DNA of 50,442 nucleotides from an uncultured Gemmatimonadaceae bacterium (GCA_963751275.1 CAVVTZ010000001.1:1-50442), one strand, 5' to 3'; shown: positions 37,686 through 48,928, numbered from the stretch's first letter. Numbers and translations are program-made. The notes: generated by a model from the letters alone, not told the origin.

Positions 37686-39398
37686 ATGACCGCCCGTTAT
37701 CCACTCCTCGCAGCCTGCGCTACCGCGCTCGCCATGCTGGCGTGCAGCTCGGATTCGAGCAATCCGCTCGGCCCGCCGCCGCCCGCCGGATTCTCCGCGA
37801 CCGGCGACTGGACCTACACCACCCAGCTCGCCGACAAGAAAGACGGCATCACCTGCGCCATTTCCGGCCTCATGCACCTGCGCCAGTCGGGATCCGCGCT
37901 GGCCGGCTCCGCGTTCGAGAACGTCGTGTGCCAGGGGAACGGCGTCGCGTCCGACACGGCGACCACGACCATTAACTCCGGCACGCTCAGCGGCACCGCC
38001 GTCGCGATGGATGTGGGCGGCTGTTCGTGGACCGGCCAAGTGTACATGGATGGCACCACAACCAAGGCGAGCGGATCGGTGTCGTGCAATGCCCAGTCGA
38101 TCAAGTTGACGGGGTCCTTCACCGCCGTCTTCGTCGGCGATGTGACGCCGCCGGCGGTGATGGGCGACCTCGTCTATCCCCAGAGCGACAACATCGCCGT
38201 TCCCGGCGACCATGTCTCGGTGGAGATCGATGCCACGGACAACGTGACGCTCCGGTGGATGGGTTACGAGGCGGGCGCACCGTTGAACACGCGCGATTCG
38301 GTGGCCGTCACGGGCGCCAGCGCGCACGCCAGCCTGTCGATCATCGCGCCCGTGAGCGGGCCGGTCGCGATCACCTTCTTCGCGCGGGACTCGGCCGGAC
38401 TCGTTGGCACCGCCGGGACCCCGCTGGGGGTGCTCGCGGGATACGTGCGGCGGCCCACCGCGGTGTTGCCGCTCGCGGCGGCGGTCCAGGACATCGCGAT
38501 CGATTCGGCGCACGCGCTCGCCTACCTCGCGCTCGCCAACCAGCGCCAGATCGCGGTCGTGGATCTCACGGCGCGGAGCTACGCGGCGAGCGTCGCGCTC
38601 CCGGTGCCCGGGATCTCGGTGGACGTGACGCGGAGTGGCGACAGCCTGCTCGTCGCGGCGGACAGCTCCGCGGCGGTCGCGGTCGTGCGGCTCTCGCCGC
38701 GTACGATCACGACGATCACTTTGCCGCACCCGGGCACCGATCCCATGCTTCCCTTCTGGACGTACCGGGTGCGCGCGATGGCGAACAACAAGGCGATCGT
38801 GAGCGTCACCGACCCTCAGCCGTACGATTGCTGCGTGGGATACCTCGAGGCCATTGATCTCGCGACCGGCACGGCGGTCATTCGCGGCGATGGCGGTCTT
38901 TCCGGGAGCGTCTCGAACCACCAACTGCTGGACCGCTCCGCGGACGCGCAGACGCTCGTGTTCGCGTGGACGTGCTGCACGCCGTTCACCGCGCGGAAAT
39001 ATTCGTCGGCGACCGACGCTTTTGGACCGGTGACGACCGTCATCGCTTATGACCAGGTCGTCTTCGGTCTCTCGCCCGATCGCCACGCGCAGTCGATCCT
39101 CGTATCGAACACGATGATGGATGCGAATTTCTCTCCATTGTGGACCTATAACTCGCCGGACCTCGCGTTCGGGGGCCTGGCGACGCTCTCCCCCGACGGC
39201 GCCTACGCGTATCTCGCCACCACCAATGGCTACGTGAAGCTTCGCACCTCCGATCAGTCGGTGGTGGAGCACGTGCGGCTGCCGGTCTACGCGCAGAAGG
39301 GGGCGATCAGCCCCGACGGCAACACCCTCATCGTGGCGAGCGGCACGCCGACCTACTTCCAGTCGACTGACCGGCTCTTGATCGTGGACCTGCGATAA
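37686..39398 (+). CDS. Lipoprotein with Cys-containing N-domain, Ig-like domain and YncE-like beta-propeller
   Basis: Lipobox MLAC; DIAIDSAHALAYLA..IAVVDL, LSPDGAYAYLA, AISPDGNTLIVA repeats. Confidence 0.8.
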   Translation: MTARYPLLAACATALAMLACSSDSSNPLGPPPPAGFSATGDWTYTTQLADKKDGITCAISGLMHLRQSGSALAGSAFENVVCQGNGVASDTATTTINSGTLSGTAVAMDVGGCSWTGQVYMDGTTTKASGSVSCNAQSIKLTGSFTAVFVGDVTPPAVMGDLVYPQSDNIAVPGDHVSVEIDATDNVTLRWMGYEAGAPLNTRDSVAVTGASAHASLSIIAPVSGPVAITFFARDSAGLVGTAGTPLGVLAGYVRRPTAVLPLAAAVQDIAIDSAHALAYLALANQRQIAVVDLTARSYAASVALPVPGISVDVTRSGDSLLVAADSSAAVAVVRLSPRTITTITLPHPGTDPMLPFWTYRVRAMANNKAIVSVTDPQPYDCCVGYLEAIDLATGTAVIRGDGGLSGSVSNHQLLDRSADAQTLVFAWTCCTPFTARKYSSATDAFGPVTTVIAYDQVVFGLSPDRHAQSILVSNTMMDANFSPLWTYNSPDLAFGGLATLSPDGAYAYLATTNGYVKLRTSDQSVVEHVRLPVYAQKGAISPDGNTLIVASGTPTYFQSTDRLLIVDLR

Positions 39399-41374
39399 TG
39401 GCCTGTTCGCCATATCTCGCGCGCCGGCGCGCTCTCGTCGCCGTGTGGATCGGCATGGCCGCGGCCGCGTGTAGCAGTGGCGACAGCGGCGGATCGAGCA
39501 GCGCGCAAGTCGAGGGAGTCTGGTGGCTCTCATCTCAATTTCAGGTGGCGTCGCCACTGACTACCTGCGGCGATACGATGCGGCTTCGCGCCACGTCATC
39601 CGGCGCCGCGTTCTCGCTGACCGGCGTACAATACGGAGGCTGTCTCCTCGGCGGTGGCGTCGCGATCAACATGGATGGCCAGGTCTCCACCACGGCCGGC
39701 CAGGTCGGGAGCGAGAACGCCGTCACGTTCCAGTTGGCTGGATGCGATTACAGTGGGGCGATCACGGGCGGTGGCGGCGCCATGTCGGGCTCGGTGCAGT
39801 GCACGGTCGATCTTCCCGGAGGACCGGTCCAGGCGAGCGGCCTCTGGACCGCGTATCGCAACGACTCCATCGGACCGCTCATCGTCGGCTGATGCTACTC
39901 CCACCACGGCGTTCCACGGCGACACGTTCACGGTGACGGCGATCGCGACCGACGACCAGACGCTGAAGTACGTGGGCGACAGCGTCTACTACGACTGGTC
40001 GCTCAGCCCGCAGTGCCCGGCGCATGCGACGCCGGAACGCGACTCGGCCGCCGTGTCCGGCACGAGCGCGCAGGCCAGCTTCCAGCACATTGTTCCGGAT
40101 TGCGCGGAATACATCTTCGTGTGGGTCTTCTTGGCCGATACGCACGGCACGCGGATCGGGTCGAACATGTACCGCGTGTGGGTCGGTGGCGCCGTCAGCC
40201 AGATCAGCGGCGGATTGGACGACAGCCTCTACACGCTGGGCGATACGATCACGATCCATCTCACCGCCACGAACCCGCTCGGACTCGGTTGGGTCGGGTA
40301 TCAATGGAACGACATGGGCTTCGCCGGGCAGGATTCCATTGCGGTGTCCGGCACCACCGCCACCGATACCTTCCGCGTTCGCGTCCCGCCCGCGTCGCAG
40401 CCGGGCCTGGCGTACGTGACGCTCTTCGCCCGATACCGGCACGGCGACAGATCGACCTTGGATCTGGGGCGCGTGCGCACCACCGACGCGCTCCGCTTCC
40501 CCGTGGCGCAGGTGAGTCTGAACGCGACGCCGAGCGATTTCGCGTACGCGCACGGCACCGACCGCATCTATCTCACCGATCTCACGAACGCACAGGTGCG
40601 TGAAGTGACGCTCAGTCCGTTCGCGCTGGCGCGGACCTTCGCGATCGCCGCGCCGGCATGGAGTCTCGACCTCAGCAGTTCCGAGGATTCGCTGCTCATC
40701 GGGCTGAAGGCGCAGGTGGCCATCTCGGTGGTGCGCCTGAGCGGCGGAGCGGCGGTGACCGTTCCCATCACGACCACGCAGGCCGCGGGCATGTACGAAG
40801 TGCGCCGCGTTCGCATCGTCGGGAGCAGCCGCGCGATGCTCGGCCTGGGCAATGGGAGTGGCGGCTACATGACGCAGCTCGACGTGAGCACCGGAGTGCA
40901 GACGGATCGCGTCCCGCGGGATGGATACGGCACGTTCGAGCGCACCGGCGATCGGTCGCTGCTCCTGCTCGTCGGCGGCGGAGGCCCGGTCTCGACACAG
41001 CTCTACGTGGCCTCGACGGACGCATTCTCGGCTACGCTGTGGGGCGTTGTGAGCGTGTTCGGGAGTTCCGGCGAGGTATCGGCCGACGATGCCGCGACGA
41101 TGTGGCTCGTGCACAACGACCTGCTCACCTCGGCGATGTCGCCCATCCGCATCTTGAGCGGTCCGTATGCGGACATTGGAGCGAGGCGATGTCGCTGGAC
41201 GGCACGCGGGCGTACACCGGGCGCTACGACGGATTCACCGAGATAGACCTGGCGACGGGGAACGTCCTGCGCGCGGTGTGGCTCCCGGTGACGCCCGATG
41301 TATCTCAAGGTGCTGCCGGGCAAGCGGGTGCTCGCGAGGATGGCGGCACACTGTATCTCGTCACGCTCCCGTGA
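39398..41374 (+). CDS. Paralogous lipoprotein with Ig-like domains and beta-propeller (frameshifts)
   Basis: Lipobox AAAC; same N-domain pattern as the upstream gene (GCDYSG..MSGSVQC vs GCSWTG..ASGSVSC); DSIAVSGT, LGWVGY; TAATG coupling. Confidence 0.72.
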
Positions 41375-42571
41375 AGGGGCGGCGGGCGCGGCGGGCCGCC
41401 ACTCTCGCGATGGCTCTCGCGCTCGGCGCCGCGCTCAGTTCTCCGCCGGCGCCCAGCAGCGGCACCACGCCGTTCGTCCTCGAAGGGAACCGCGTGTACG
41501 CGCAGATCGACTTCCTGCGCCCCGATGGCTCCGCGCATCGCGCGCTCGCGTACGTGGACATGGGCGGCACGTCGATGGTCATCGCCGACACGCTGCTCAA
41601 GGAGTTGCAGATCGACACCAGCCGGCCGATGCGATTCAACGTCGGCGCACTCACGGTGACGCTGCCGGCCGCGGGGATCGTGAGCGTGCATCGTCCGCCG
41701 CGCCCGCTCGCGGGATCGGAGCTGCGGGTGGCGGCGATCATTCCGGCGAGCGTGCTGCAGCGGTACGAGGTGGTGTTGGATTACGGGAAGCGAACGCTCA
41801 CCTTCGCGCAGCCCGGAACGATCGCGCCACAGGGCGCAGCCGTCCCGTTCCAACTGGATTCGGCCACGGGCCTCATCGCGGTGAACGCGTCGATCGACGG
41901 CCGCGCGTACGCGATCACCATCGACAACGGCTCCGCCTACACCTGGGTGCGTCAGCGCACCGCGAACGACTGGCTCCGCGCGCATCCCACGTGGGCGCGC
42001 GGCACCGGCGCGGTCGGGCCGAGCAACATGATGATGCTGGGCAGACAGCGACGGAGAGCGCGGGCACGCTCATGCGGATCGCCGAGATCTCACTGGGAAC
42101 GTTGACGCTCCACCACGTCGGCGTGCTCGCCGCCGGCGAGAGCCACCGCTTTCCCGGCGGTCTCGAACTCTTCGACTGGTACTCGCAGAAGAACGCGGTC
42201 CCCGTGATCGGCTGGATCGGCGGCAACGTGCTCAAGGGATTCCAGATCACCGTGGACTACGCGCGTCGCACGATGTACTGGCTGCGACAAGCCGATCCCG
42301 ATACGACGGATCAGGATCAGATCGGCCTGACGCTCCGCGCCGAGGGCGATCGTACTTCGTGTCCGCGATCGCGACGAAGAACGGCGTTCCCACTGTATCC
42401 GGCGTCGAGATCGGCGACCAACTCATCAAGATCGGCGATCTGGAGGCGACGAACACCTCATTCGGCGCGATCTACGCCGCGATGCACGGCAGGGCGGGGG
42501 ACTCGGTTCCGCTGATCCTCGAGCGGAACGGCGCGCGGGTCGAGGTGACGGCGAAGGTGACCGGATTCTGA
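41371..42571 (+). CDS. Secreted tandem aspartyl-protease-like protein with C-terminal PDZ (frameshifts)
   Basis: AYVDMGG and ITIDNGSA (DTG-like), GWIGGNVLKGFQITVDY, GVEIGDQLIKIG..GRAGDSVPLILERNG. Confidence 0.75.
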
Positions 42572-42576
42572 CTGCA

Positions 42577-42702
42577 ACTACCGGGAACCGATTACCGGGA
42601 ACCGGTGAGGCATGACAACGCATGGAGTTACGGCAGGGCGCGAATATGTAACTCCATATTTTGTCATGCCACACCGGTTCCCGGAAATCGGTTCCCGGTA
42701 GT
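42577..42702. repeat. Family B palindromic element, copy B1
   Basis: actaccgggaaccgattaccgggaaccggtgaggcatgacaa ... ttgtcatgccacaccggttcccggaaatcggttcccggtagt. Confidence 0.95.
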
Positions 42703-43145
42703 CAGGAGTTCTTCTTCAACGCCGCCTTCAGTTCGCCGAGCCTCTCCTCGATCGCTAACAGACACCGGATCCAGCTCTACCGCCAGCCCCGGATCCACCT
42801 TCCCGTATCTCTTCAGCGTGCGCGCCGAGCTGTCCTGCAGCTGATTGAGCTGCGCGGTGAGCATCGCCGCGATCGCGCGCGCCTTCGACTCGGGATGCGG
42901 CGCGAGGCCGATCGCGCCGCGAGATCTTCCATCTGCTCCGTGATCGCGTCGATCGCCGGCCGCACGCGCGCGAGATAACCGGGCGGGAGATCGTGCGCGA
43001 GATTGGTTAGGTGCCGCGTGTCGGGCGAGTCATCCTGCGCGAGCGCGACGATCTCGAGCAGCGTGTTCTCGAGCGACTGCAGGATCACCGCGAAGTGGCG
43101 GCGCTGGGGGTCGTTGAGGGGAAGGGGATGCTGCTCGCTTGTCAC
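42702..43145 (-). CDS. Hypothetical helical protein (frameshifts)
   Basis: GGAG RBS then GTG; LNDPQRRHFAVILQSLENTL..LQDSSARTLKRYGKVDP. Confidence 0.65.
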
Positions 43146-43166
43146 ATTTGCTCCGTAGGGGGAAAA

Positions 43167-43230
43167 CTGCCGGGAACCGATTACCGGGAACCGGTATGGC
43201 ATGACAAAGCATGGTGTAACGACAGGCGCG
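43167..43230. repeat. Family B half-element, copy B2
   Basis: actgccgggaaccgattaccgggaaccggtatggcatgacaaagcatggtgtaacgac. Confidence 0.88.
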
Positions 43231-43279
43231 ATGATAGTGAGTCCGCGCAACCGGCCGCCTCTGAGATCCAGAGGAGGGA

Positions 43280-43389
43280 GCGGCGCCGCCGCCGGCGAGC
43301 CGCGTTAGCGAAAAGCGAGAGACTCGCGGTCGTATCGCGAGGCTCGAAGCGGTTTGAGCGGAATGCGGCGGAGCCGGTGGCGGCGCCGC
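43280..43389 (+). other. Branched GC-rich stem-loop (repeat element or structured RNA)
   Basis: 17-bp outer stem gcggcgccgccgccggc/gccggtggcggcgccgc, inner stem gccgcgtt/aatgcggc, two internal hairpins. Confidence 0.5.
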
Positions 43390-43429
43390 GACCGTCCGCG
43401 ATGTCGTTATGGGTTCCCGGCAGAACTAC

Positions 43430-43728
43430 TCAACCTCCCGCGATCGCCCCGATCACGAGGAGCGGTTCATCCCCTTGCGCACCGCCTCCGGCAGCGGTGA
43501 ATCTGCAGCGTCGAACGTGAGGTCCCTCTCACATGCGAAGAACCGGATGAACGCCCGCCGTTTCAAAGTCCCATAGTCCCGGATCGTCCCCCGCAACACC
43601 GGGTACTTCGCCTCCAGCGCGTCGAGCACCGACGCCGTCGTCCCGCCGCCGTTCACGTCGAGCGTGATCTCGTCTCCCACCTGCGCGAGGATCCGCAGAT
43701 GATGCGGCAGCACGACGCGCACTTTCAT
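43430..43728 (-). CDS. MoaD/ThiS-family ubiquitin-like protein (indel near 43468)
   Basis: [38 protein letters not shown]; corrected C-terminus [14 protein letters not shown]. Confidence 0.88.
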
Positions 43729-44840
43729 TTCAGCGTCTGCACTTCCACCGAGAGAACGGCCGGCAGATCCCGCGCGATCGCCTCCCAGCTGTCCCCCGCG
43801 TCCGCGCTCGCGTAGATCTGCCCGCCCGTGGTGCCGAAGTACACGCCGCATTTGTCCAGCGAGTCAACGGCCATCGCGTCGCGCAGCACGTTCACGTAGC
43901 AATTCTTCTGCGGCAGTCCTTTCTTCAAGGCCTTCCACTCGTTGCCCCCCGTCTTGCTGCGGAACACCTGCAGCTTGCCGTCCAGCGGGAAATGCTCCGA
44001 GTCGCTCTTGATCGGCACCACGTAAATGGTCTCGGGCTCGTGCGCGTGCACGTCGATCACGAAACCGAAATCGGTGGGGAGATTGCCGCTGACTTCCTTC
44101 CACAGATCGCCGCTGTTGTCGGAGCGCATCACGTCCCAGTGCTTCTGCATGAAGAGCGTATTCGGCTTCGACTTGTGCAGCGCGATGCGATGCACGCAGT
44201 GCCCCACCAGCGCGGTGGGATCCGGCGTGTGATTCGAGCGGAGTCCCTGATTGATCGGCTTCCACGACTTGCCGCCGTCGTCGGTGCGGAAGGCGCCGGC
44301 CGCGCTGATCGCGACGTACATCCGTTTCTCATTCGTGGGATCGATCAGGATGGTGTGCAGGCACATCCCGCCGGCGCCGGGCGTCCAGCTGGGCCCCGTG
44401 CCGTGGCCGCGCAGCCCCGGCAGCTCCTTCCAATTCGCGCCGCCGTCGGTGCTCTTGAAGATCGCGGCATCTTCGATGCCCGCGAATACGGTGTCGGGAT
44501 CCTTCAGACTCGGCTCGATGTGCCACACGCGCTTGAATTCCCACGGATGCGGCGTGCCGTCGTACCACGCGTGCGTGCCCGGCGTGCCCTCATACTCGAA
44601 TTTGTTGCCCACCGGCGCCCATGTCTTCCCGCCGTCGTTCGAGCGCTGCACGATCTGCCCGAACCAGCCGGATGTCTGCGACGCGTAAATGCGATTGGGA
44701 TCCGCGGGCGATCCCTTCATGTGGTAGATCTCCCAGCCGGCGAAATGCGGGCCGGAGACTTTCCATGTCTTTCGCTTGCCATCTGCCGTCAGAACGAAGG
44801 CACCCTTCTTGGTGCCGGCGAGAACGCGGACCTTTGCCAT
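43725..44840 (-). CDS. BNR/Asp-box beta-propeller protein (sialidase-like fold)
   Basis: Repeated S/TxDGGxxW boxes ([35 protein letters not shown]); GTKKGAF; ATGA overlap with the MoaD-like gene. Confidence 0.9.
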   Translation of the reverse strand: MAKVRVLAGTKKGAFVLTADGKRKTWKVSGPHFAGWEIYHMKGSPADPNRIYASQTSGWFGQIVQRSNDGGKTWAPVGNKFEYEGTPGTHAWYDGTPHPWEFKRVWHIEPSLKDPDTVFAGIEDAAIFKSTDGGANWKELPGLRGHGTGPSWTPGAGGMCLHTILIDPTNEKRMYVAISAAGAFRTDDGGKSWKPINQGLRSNHTPDPTALVGHCVHRIALHKSKPNTLFMQKHWDVMRSDNSGDLWKEVSGNLPTDFGFVIDVHAHEPETIYVVPIKSDSEHFPLDGKLQVFRSKTGGNEWKALKKGLPQKNCYVNVLRDAMAVDSLDKCGVYFGTTGGQIYASADAGDSWEAIARDLPAVLSVEVQTLK

Positions 44841-44940
44841 GATCGGGCTCCGAAACGGTGGTTACTCGTACAATCGCAAAGTCATCGCGCGGAGTCCAGT
44901 CCTGGTGCAGACTGTGGGACTCGCTCGTTGCCCTACGAAT

Positions 44941-45050
44941 GCCGTCGTTCGACCGTAGAAGCCGTAGAATGTGGTGACTGGCGGATGTTTCAATGCGGCG
45001 GTATCTACTGGCAACACCGAGTTCCAACGGCTTCTACCGCAAACGACGGC
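44941..45050. repeat. Imperfect palindrome with CCGTAGAA units in a divergent intergenic region
   Basis: gccgtcgttcgaccgtagaagccgtagaa ... ttccaacggcttctaccgcaaacgacggc. Confidence 0.65.
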
Positions 45051-45134
45051 GTGGGTAGTGCCGGTGCCGCGTCCCACACTCGGCAGTAGCTTCAGAATCT
45101 CCGTACCAGCCCGCCCTTACCGGGATCGTGTGCT

Positions 45135-45993
45135 ATGCCCCGCCACCTGATACCTCGCCCTCGCGCTGGCGGCCGCCCACTCGCCGCCCAGCAGCCGGCC
45201 TTCGACTGGCACCCCATCGAGACCACCCTCGGCCGCGCCGGCATTCCGCAGCCCGGCGGCGTGATGCGCTTCAACTTTCCGTTCCGATCTCGACGTCCAC
45301 ATTGGCGACGTGAAGATCGTCCCCGCCCTCGCGCTCGGCGGGTGGGTGGCCTTCATGCCCGCGGGCCAGATGGGATCGCCATGGGCGACCTCGTGCTCAC
45401 GCTCGACGAAATCGCCGGCGTGACGCGCGCGCTGCAGCAGGGCGGAGTGGAGATCACCGCCGAGCATAATAAGTTGATGGGCGAAGAACCGCGCGTGATG
45501 CATCTGGCACATCATGGCGAACGGCTCCGCGGCATCCATCGCAACGGCTCTTCGCCGCGCGCTCGAACAGAGCGCTACGCCACTAACCCTCGCGCCTTCC
45601 GCGCCGGTGCCGCTGAAGTTCCCGCTCGACACCGCGGCCATCGCGCGCGCCCTTGGCGTACATGGCACCGTGAACAGCAGCATCTCATCGAGCATCCCGC
45701 GGAAGACGCGGGCGATGGTCGGCTCGATCGAGCATTCCTCCGTCAATCGGCCTCTCCACTGCAGTCGATGTGCAGCCCATCGATTCAACAATGGCCGTCG
45801 CCACCGGCGATTTCGTGCTGGCGACGAATCAAGTGACCCCCGTGGTGCGCGCGCTCATAGCGCACGGTGTCACGGTGACGGCGGTGCACAGTCGCCTCAT
45901 CGGATCAATGCCGGAATTGCTCTTCGTGCATTTCTGGCAGGACCACGCAAGCGCGCTCGCCAGCAGTACGCGGCGGCGGTGGCGGCGGAGTAA
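45135..45993 (+). CDS. DUF1259 (LppY/LpqO-like) secreted protein, two domains, frameshifted
   Basis: GVMRFNFP, ALGGWVAF, MGDLVLTLDEI, ITAEHN, TGDFVL, VTAVHS, LLFVHFW. Confidence 0.78.
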
Positions 45994-46000
45994 CCCAACG

Positions 46001-46294
46001 GCCGGGTACCGATTGCCGGGAACCGATGTGGCATGACAACGCATGCCATCACGACATGCGCGCCTGAGCAGCAAGAGCATTCATCCTCTGAATCCTGTTC
46101 ATCCCAGTAATCCTGTCAAAGCAGTTTGTCCGTGCTGGACCAAACTGCTTTGACAGAATTCCAGGAGTGAACGGAATTAGCAGATCAATGCTGCTGTGAT
46201 CCCAGACGTCTTGTCTCAATGGCGGGAGCGCGCGACGTCGTTACACCATGCGTTTTCATGCCACACCGGTTCCCGGCAATCGGTTCCCGGTGGT
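46001..46294. repeat. Family B element (B3) with a family C hairpin nested in its loop
   Basis: B left arm 46001-46063, B right arm 46228-46294; C hairpin gcattcatcc..atcctgtcaaagcagtttg..caaactgctttgacag..aatgc at 46077-46191. Confidence 0.9.
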
Positions 46295-46372
46295 TGCAGT
46301 ACTCCTCCCCGCTCTGGCGAACCACTCTCCGTTCCGCACAAAATGATGAGTCTCCTTCCGAAGGGGGTTATC

Positions 46373-46935
46373 ATGGCAACCGGCATCCTCGATGATCTCA
46401 AAAGCGGCTACCGCCGCGCGTGGTGGGCCATCATGCTCCGCGGCGTGCTGGGTCTCATCGTCGGCCTGCTGGTCATCATGCGCCCGCTCGAATCGGTGGG
46501 CGCGCTCGCGCTGGTGATCGCCTTCTGGTCGATCATCAACGGCGTGGTCGAGATCATGCACGCGATCGATCTCAAGGGCGTGATGAAGCACTGGTGGGTG
46601 CTGATGCTCTCGGGAGTGGTGAGCGTCGGCTTCGGATGCGCGGCGCTCTACTATCCCGGCCTGTCGCTCACCTTCGCGGTGCTGCTCGTCACCTGGTGGC
46701 TGATGGCCACCGGACTCCTCTCGATCTACGCCGCGATGGAGCAGCGGAAGCTGGACGTGCAGTGGGGATGGACGCTGGCCTTCGGCGTGGCGAGCATCAT
46801 CGCGGCGGGGTTCGCGCTGGCCGCGCCGCCGGTGACGCTCGTGGCGATCATGGCGCTGATCGCGACGTACGCGATCGTGTCGGGGTCGCGCTCATCGTGG
46901 GGGCGTTCAGGATCAGGTCGATCGTCAAGCCGTAA
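46373..46935 (+). CDS. HdeD/DUF308-family membrane protein (indel near 46888)
   Basis: WWAIMLRGVLGLIVG, WWVLMLSGVVSV, WGWTLAFGVASI; corrected end ALIVGAFRIRSIVKP*. Confidence 0.88.
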
Positions 46936-46942
46936 GAGCAAA

Positions 46943-47057
46943 CCGCCGGGAACCGATTGCCGGGAACCGGTAATGCATGACAACGCATGGCGTAACGACA
47001 TCGCGAGACGTCGTTGCGCTGTCATGCCACACCGGTTCCCGGCAATCGGTTCCGGGG
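46943..47057. repeat. Family B palindromic element, copy B4
   Basis: ccgggaaccgattgccgggaaccggtaatgcatgaca ... tgtcatgccacaccggttcccggcaatcggttcc. Confidence 0.93.
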
Positions 47058-47067
47058 CCGTCGGTCC

Positions 47068-47733
47068 TCATGCGACTCCGCCGCTTTCGACAGTCTGTCC
47101 CCTCTCGAACGGCCTCGCCGCCACCGCGCCGAAGATCGAACCCTCCAACATGTGCCGCGTAGGCCACGCCGCCCGCCCGGCTGCTGCCCCACGGCGCCGA
47201 GGCTCACGAACTGGATGAGGAACCAGATCCCGACCGGCAGCACCGCCGGGATGCGCCTATCACGCGCACGACGACAAAGATCACGAGCAGCGAACGGATC
47301 TGGTCCGCGGGATAGGTGACGAGGAACGCGCCCATCACGGCGGCGATCGCGCCGCTCGCGCCGAGGTTCGGAACGGTGGATGCCGGGCCGGCCATGATCT
47401 GCCCCGCGGTCGCGGCGAGTCCGCCCAGGAGGTAGAACGCCAGGTAGCGCGGCGCACCCATCGAGTCCTCGATCTCCGGCCCGAAGGCCCAGAGGAACAC
47501 CATGTTGCCGATGATGTGCGACCCACTGCCGTGCATGAACATGGACGTCAGGATCGTGAGCAGGTCCTGGCCGGCGACGATGTGGGCCGGAATGAGCGAC
47601 CACTTGGTCACGAACGCATCGCCGCCGATCAGCTCGGCCACGAACATCAGCGCGTTGACGCCAATGATCGACGCCGTCATCACGGGGAAGCGCCGCGGCT
47701 GACGAGTGGCATCGCTCGGGGGATGACGGTCAT
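47068..47733 (-). CDS. Rhomboid intramembrane serine protease (frameshifts)
   Basis: TSMFMHG..HIIGNMVFLWAFGPEIED, GASGAIAAVMG, AYAAHVGGF. Confidence 0.9.
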
Positions 47734-47756
47734 GAGGGCCTCATTTGGAAGAGCGG

Positions 47757-47809
47757 AGTGGGGAATTCCTGCTGGACCAGCGTCGCCGTTCGTTTGTCGA
47801 GCAGAAGCC
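47757..47809. repeat. Family F short (internally deleted) element
   Basis: agtggggaattcctgctggacca + cgtcgccgttcgtttgtcgagcagaagcc match the two ends of 48929-49078. Confidence 0.75.
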
Positions 47810-48902
47810 GCCGCTCCGCCGTGCAGTTGCGTGCACCCGCACCCTTGAGCCGGCCGGCGAGCTCCGTCGCTCGGGCTGCGAGAGGCTCGCCGAGCGTGCG
47901 CAGACGCCGCTCGATCGCATTCGGCGCCGCCGCGATGATGGCCTTGCCGTGCGCCCAAAGTTCGTAGATCGCGACCAGCGCGTAGTACTCGCCGAATCGC
48001 GGCGCGGCCGCGATCACGCCCTCGCGCAGCGCGGCGACCTCGGCCGCCCCGGCCAGTTGCGGCTCGTCATCATCCAACTGGTGGGACAGGCCCAATACGA
48101 CCCCTCCATCGACCGGCGTGAGCGAGACACGAAGCAGCTTCTGCACTTCATCCGTGTCCCTGCGGCCGGGGTGCATGAAGACGCCCACGCCGACCGTCAG
48201 CAATGCCACAGCTCAGATGACATTGACCGCATCCTTCGTCATCCCACTTGTGAGGGCACCTCTGGTCCCGACTTCAACTCCAGTTCCAGCGAGCCGCTGC
48301 TGCGATCGCGCGACGCGAGCGTGCCGCCGAACAGGATACGGGCACGACGATCGCGGCTTGATCCTCCGTGATCGGAAGGAACGGATCCGGGCGGTCGCTC
48401 GGCTGCCAACGCGCGAGGGCCGCGAGCGTCGCCGAGCGCCGCTGCCGCTACCACCCGGTGCCACCTCGCCCATCGCGGCCCGCGCCAGAAGAGCATGACG
48501 CGCGATCTCGCCCTCATCGTGCGGCATGTAGAGGAGACCGCGCATGACGTCCTCAATGCTCGCCGCCGCTCCGTTGAGCGGAGGCAGGCGGCAGCCGCTC
48601 CCGTCGATCGGAAGCCGCATTCCTGCCCCGCAGTAGCTGCACCTGAGTATTCGCTCCGGGTCGTTCGCGTCGCCGCGCACCGCGCGGCCGCAGATCGGAC
48701 ATGCGGCATCCGCTTGGCGTACCACGGGAGTGCTCCGCTTGGAGAGGCTCTCGAACTCGGCGAGCACATCAGGCGGGAAATCCAGCGGGCTCCCGCAAAT
48801 CTGGCAGCGCACCTTGCGGGCGGCGAGCAACTCGAGGGCGCGCGACCGTGGCACCGTGATCGGGCGCCGGCAGCGGCTGCAGGAGTAACTCCCGTCGTCC
48901 AT
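47810..48902 (-). CDS. Hypothetical protein with N-terminal double zinc ribbon (4 CxxC) and a TM segment; frameshifted, 3' end uncertain
   Basis: GGAGAGG RBS; CSRC, CQIC, CPIC, CSYC; ORF pieces 48213..48902, 48239..48952 and 47730..48209. Confidence 0.6.
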
Positions 48903-48928
48903 GCCGATCCTCTCCCTGCGACTGCGAG

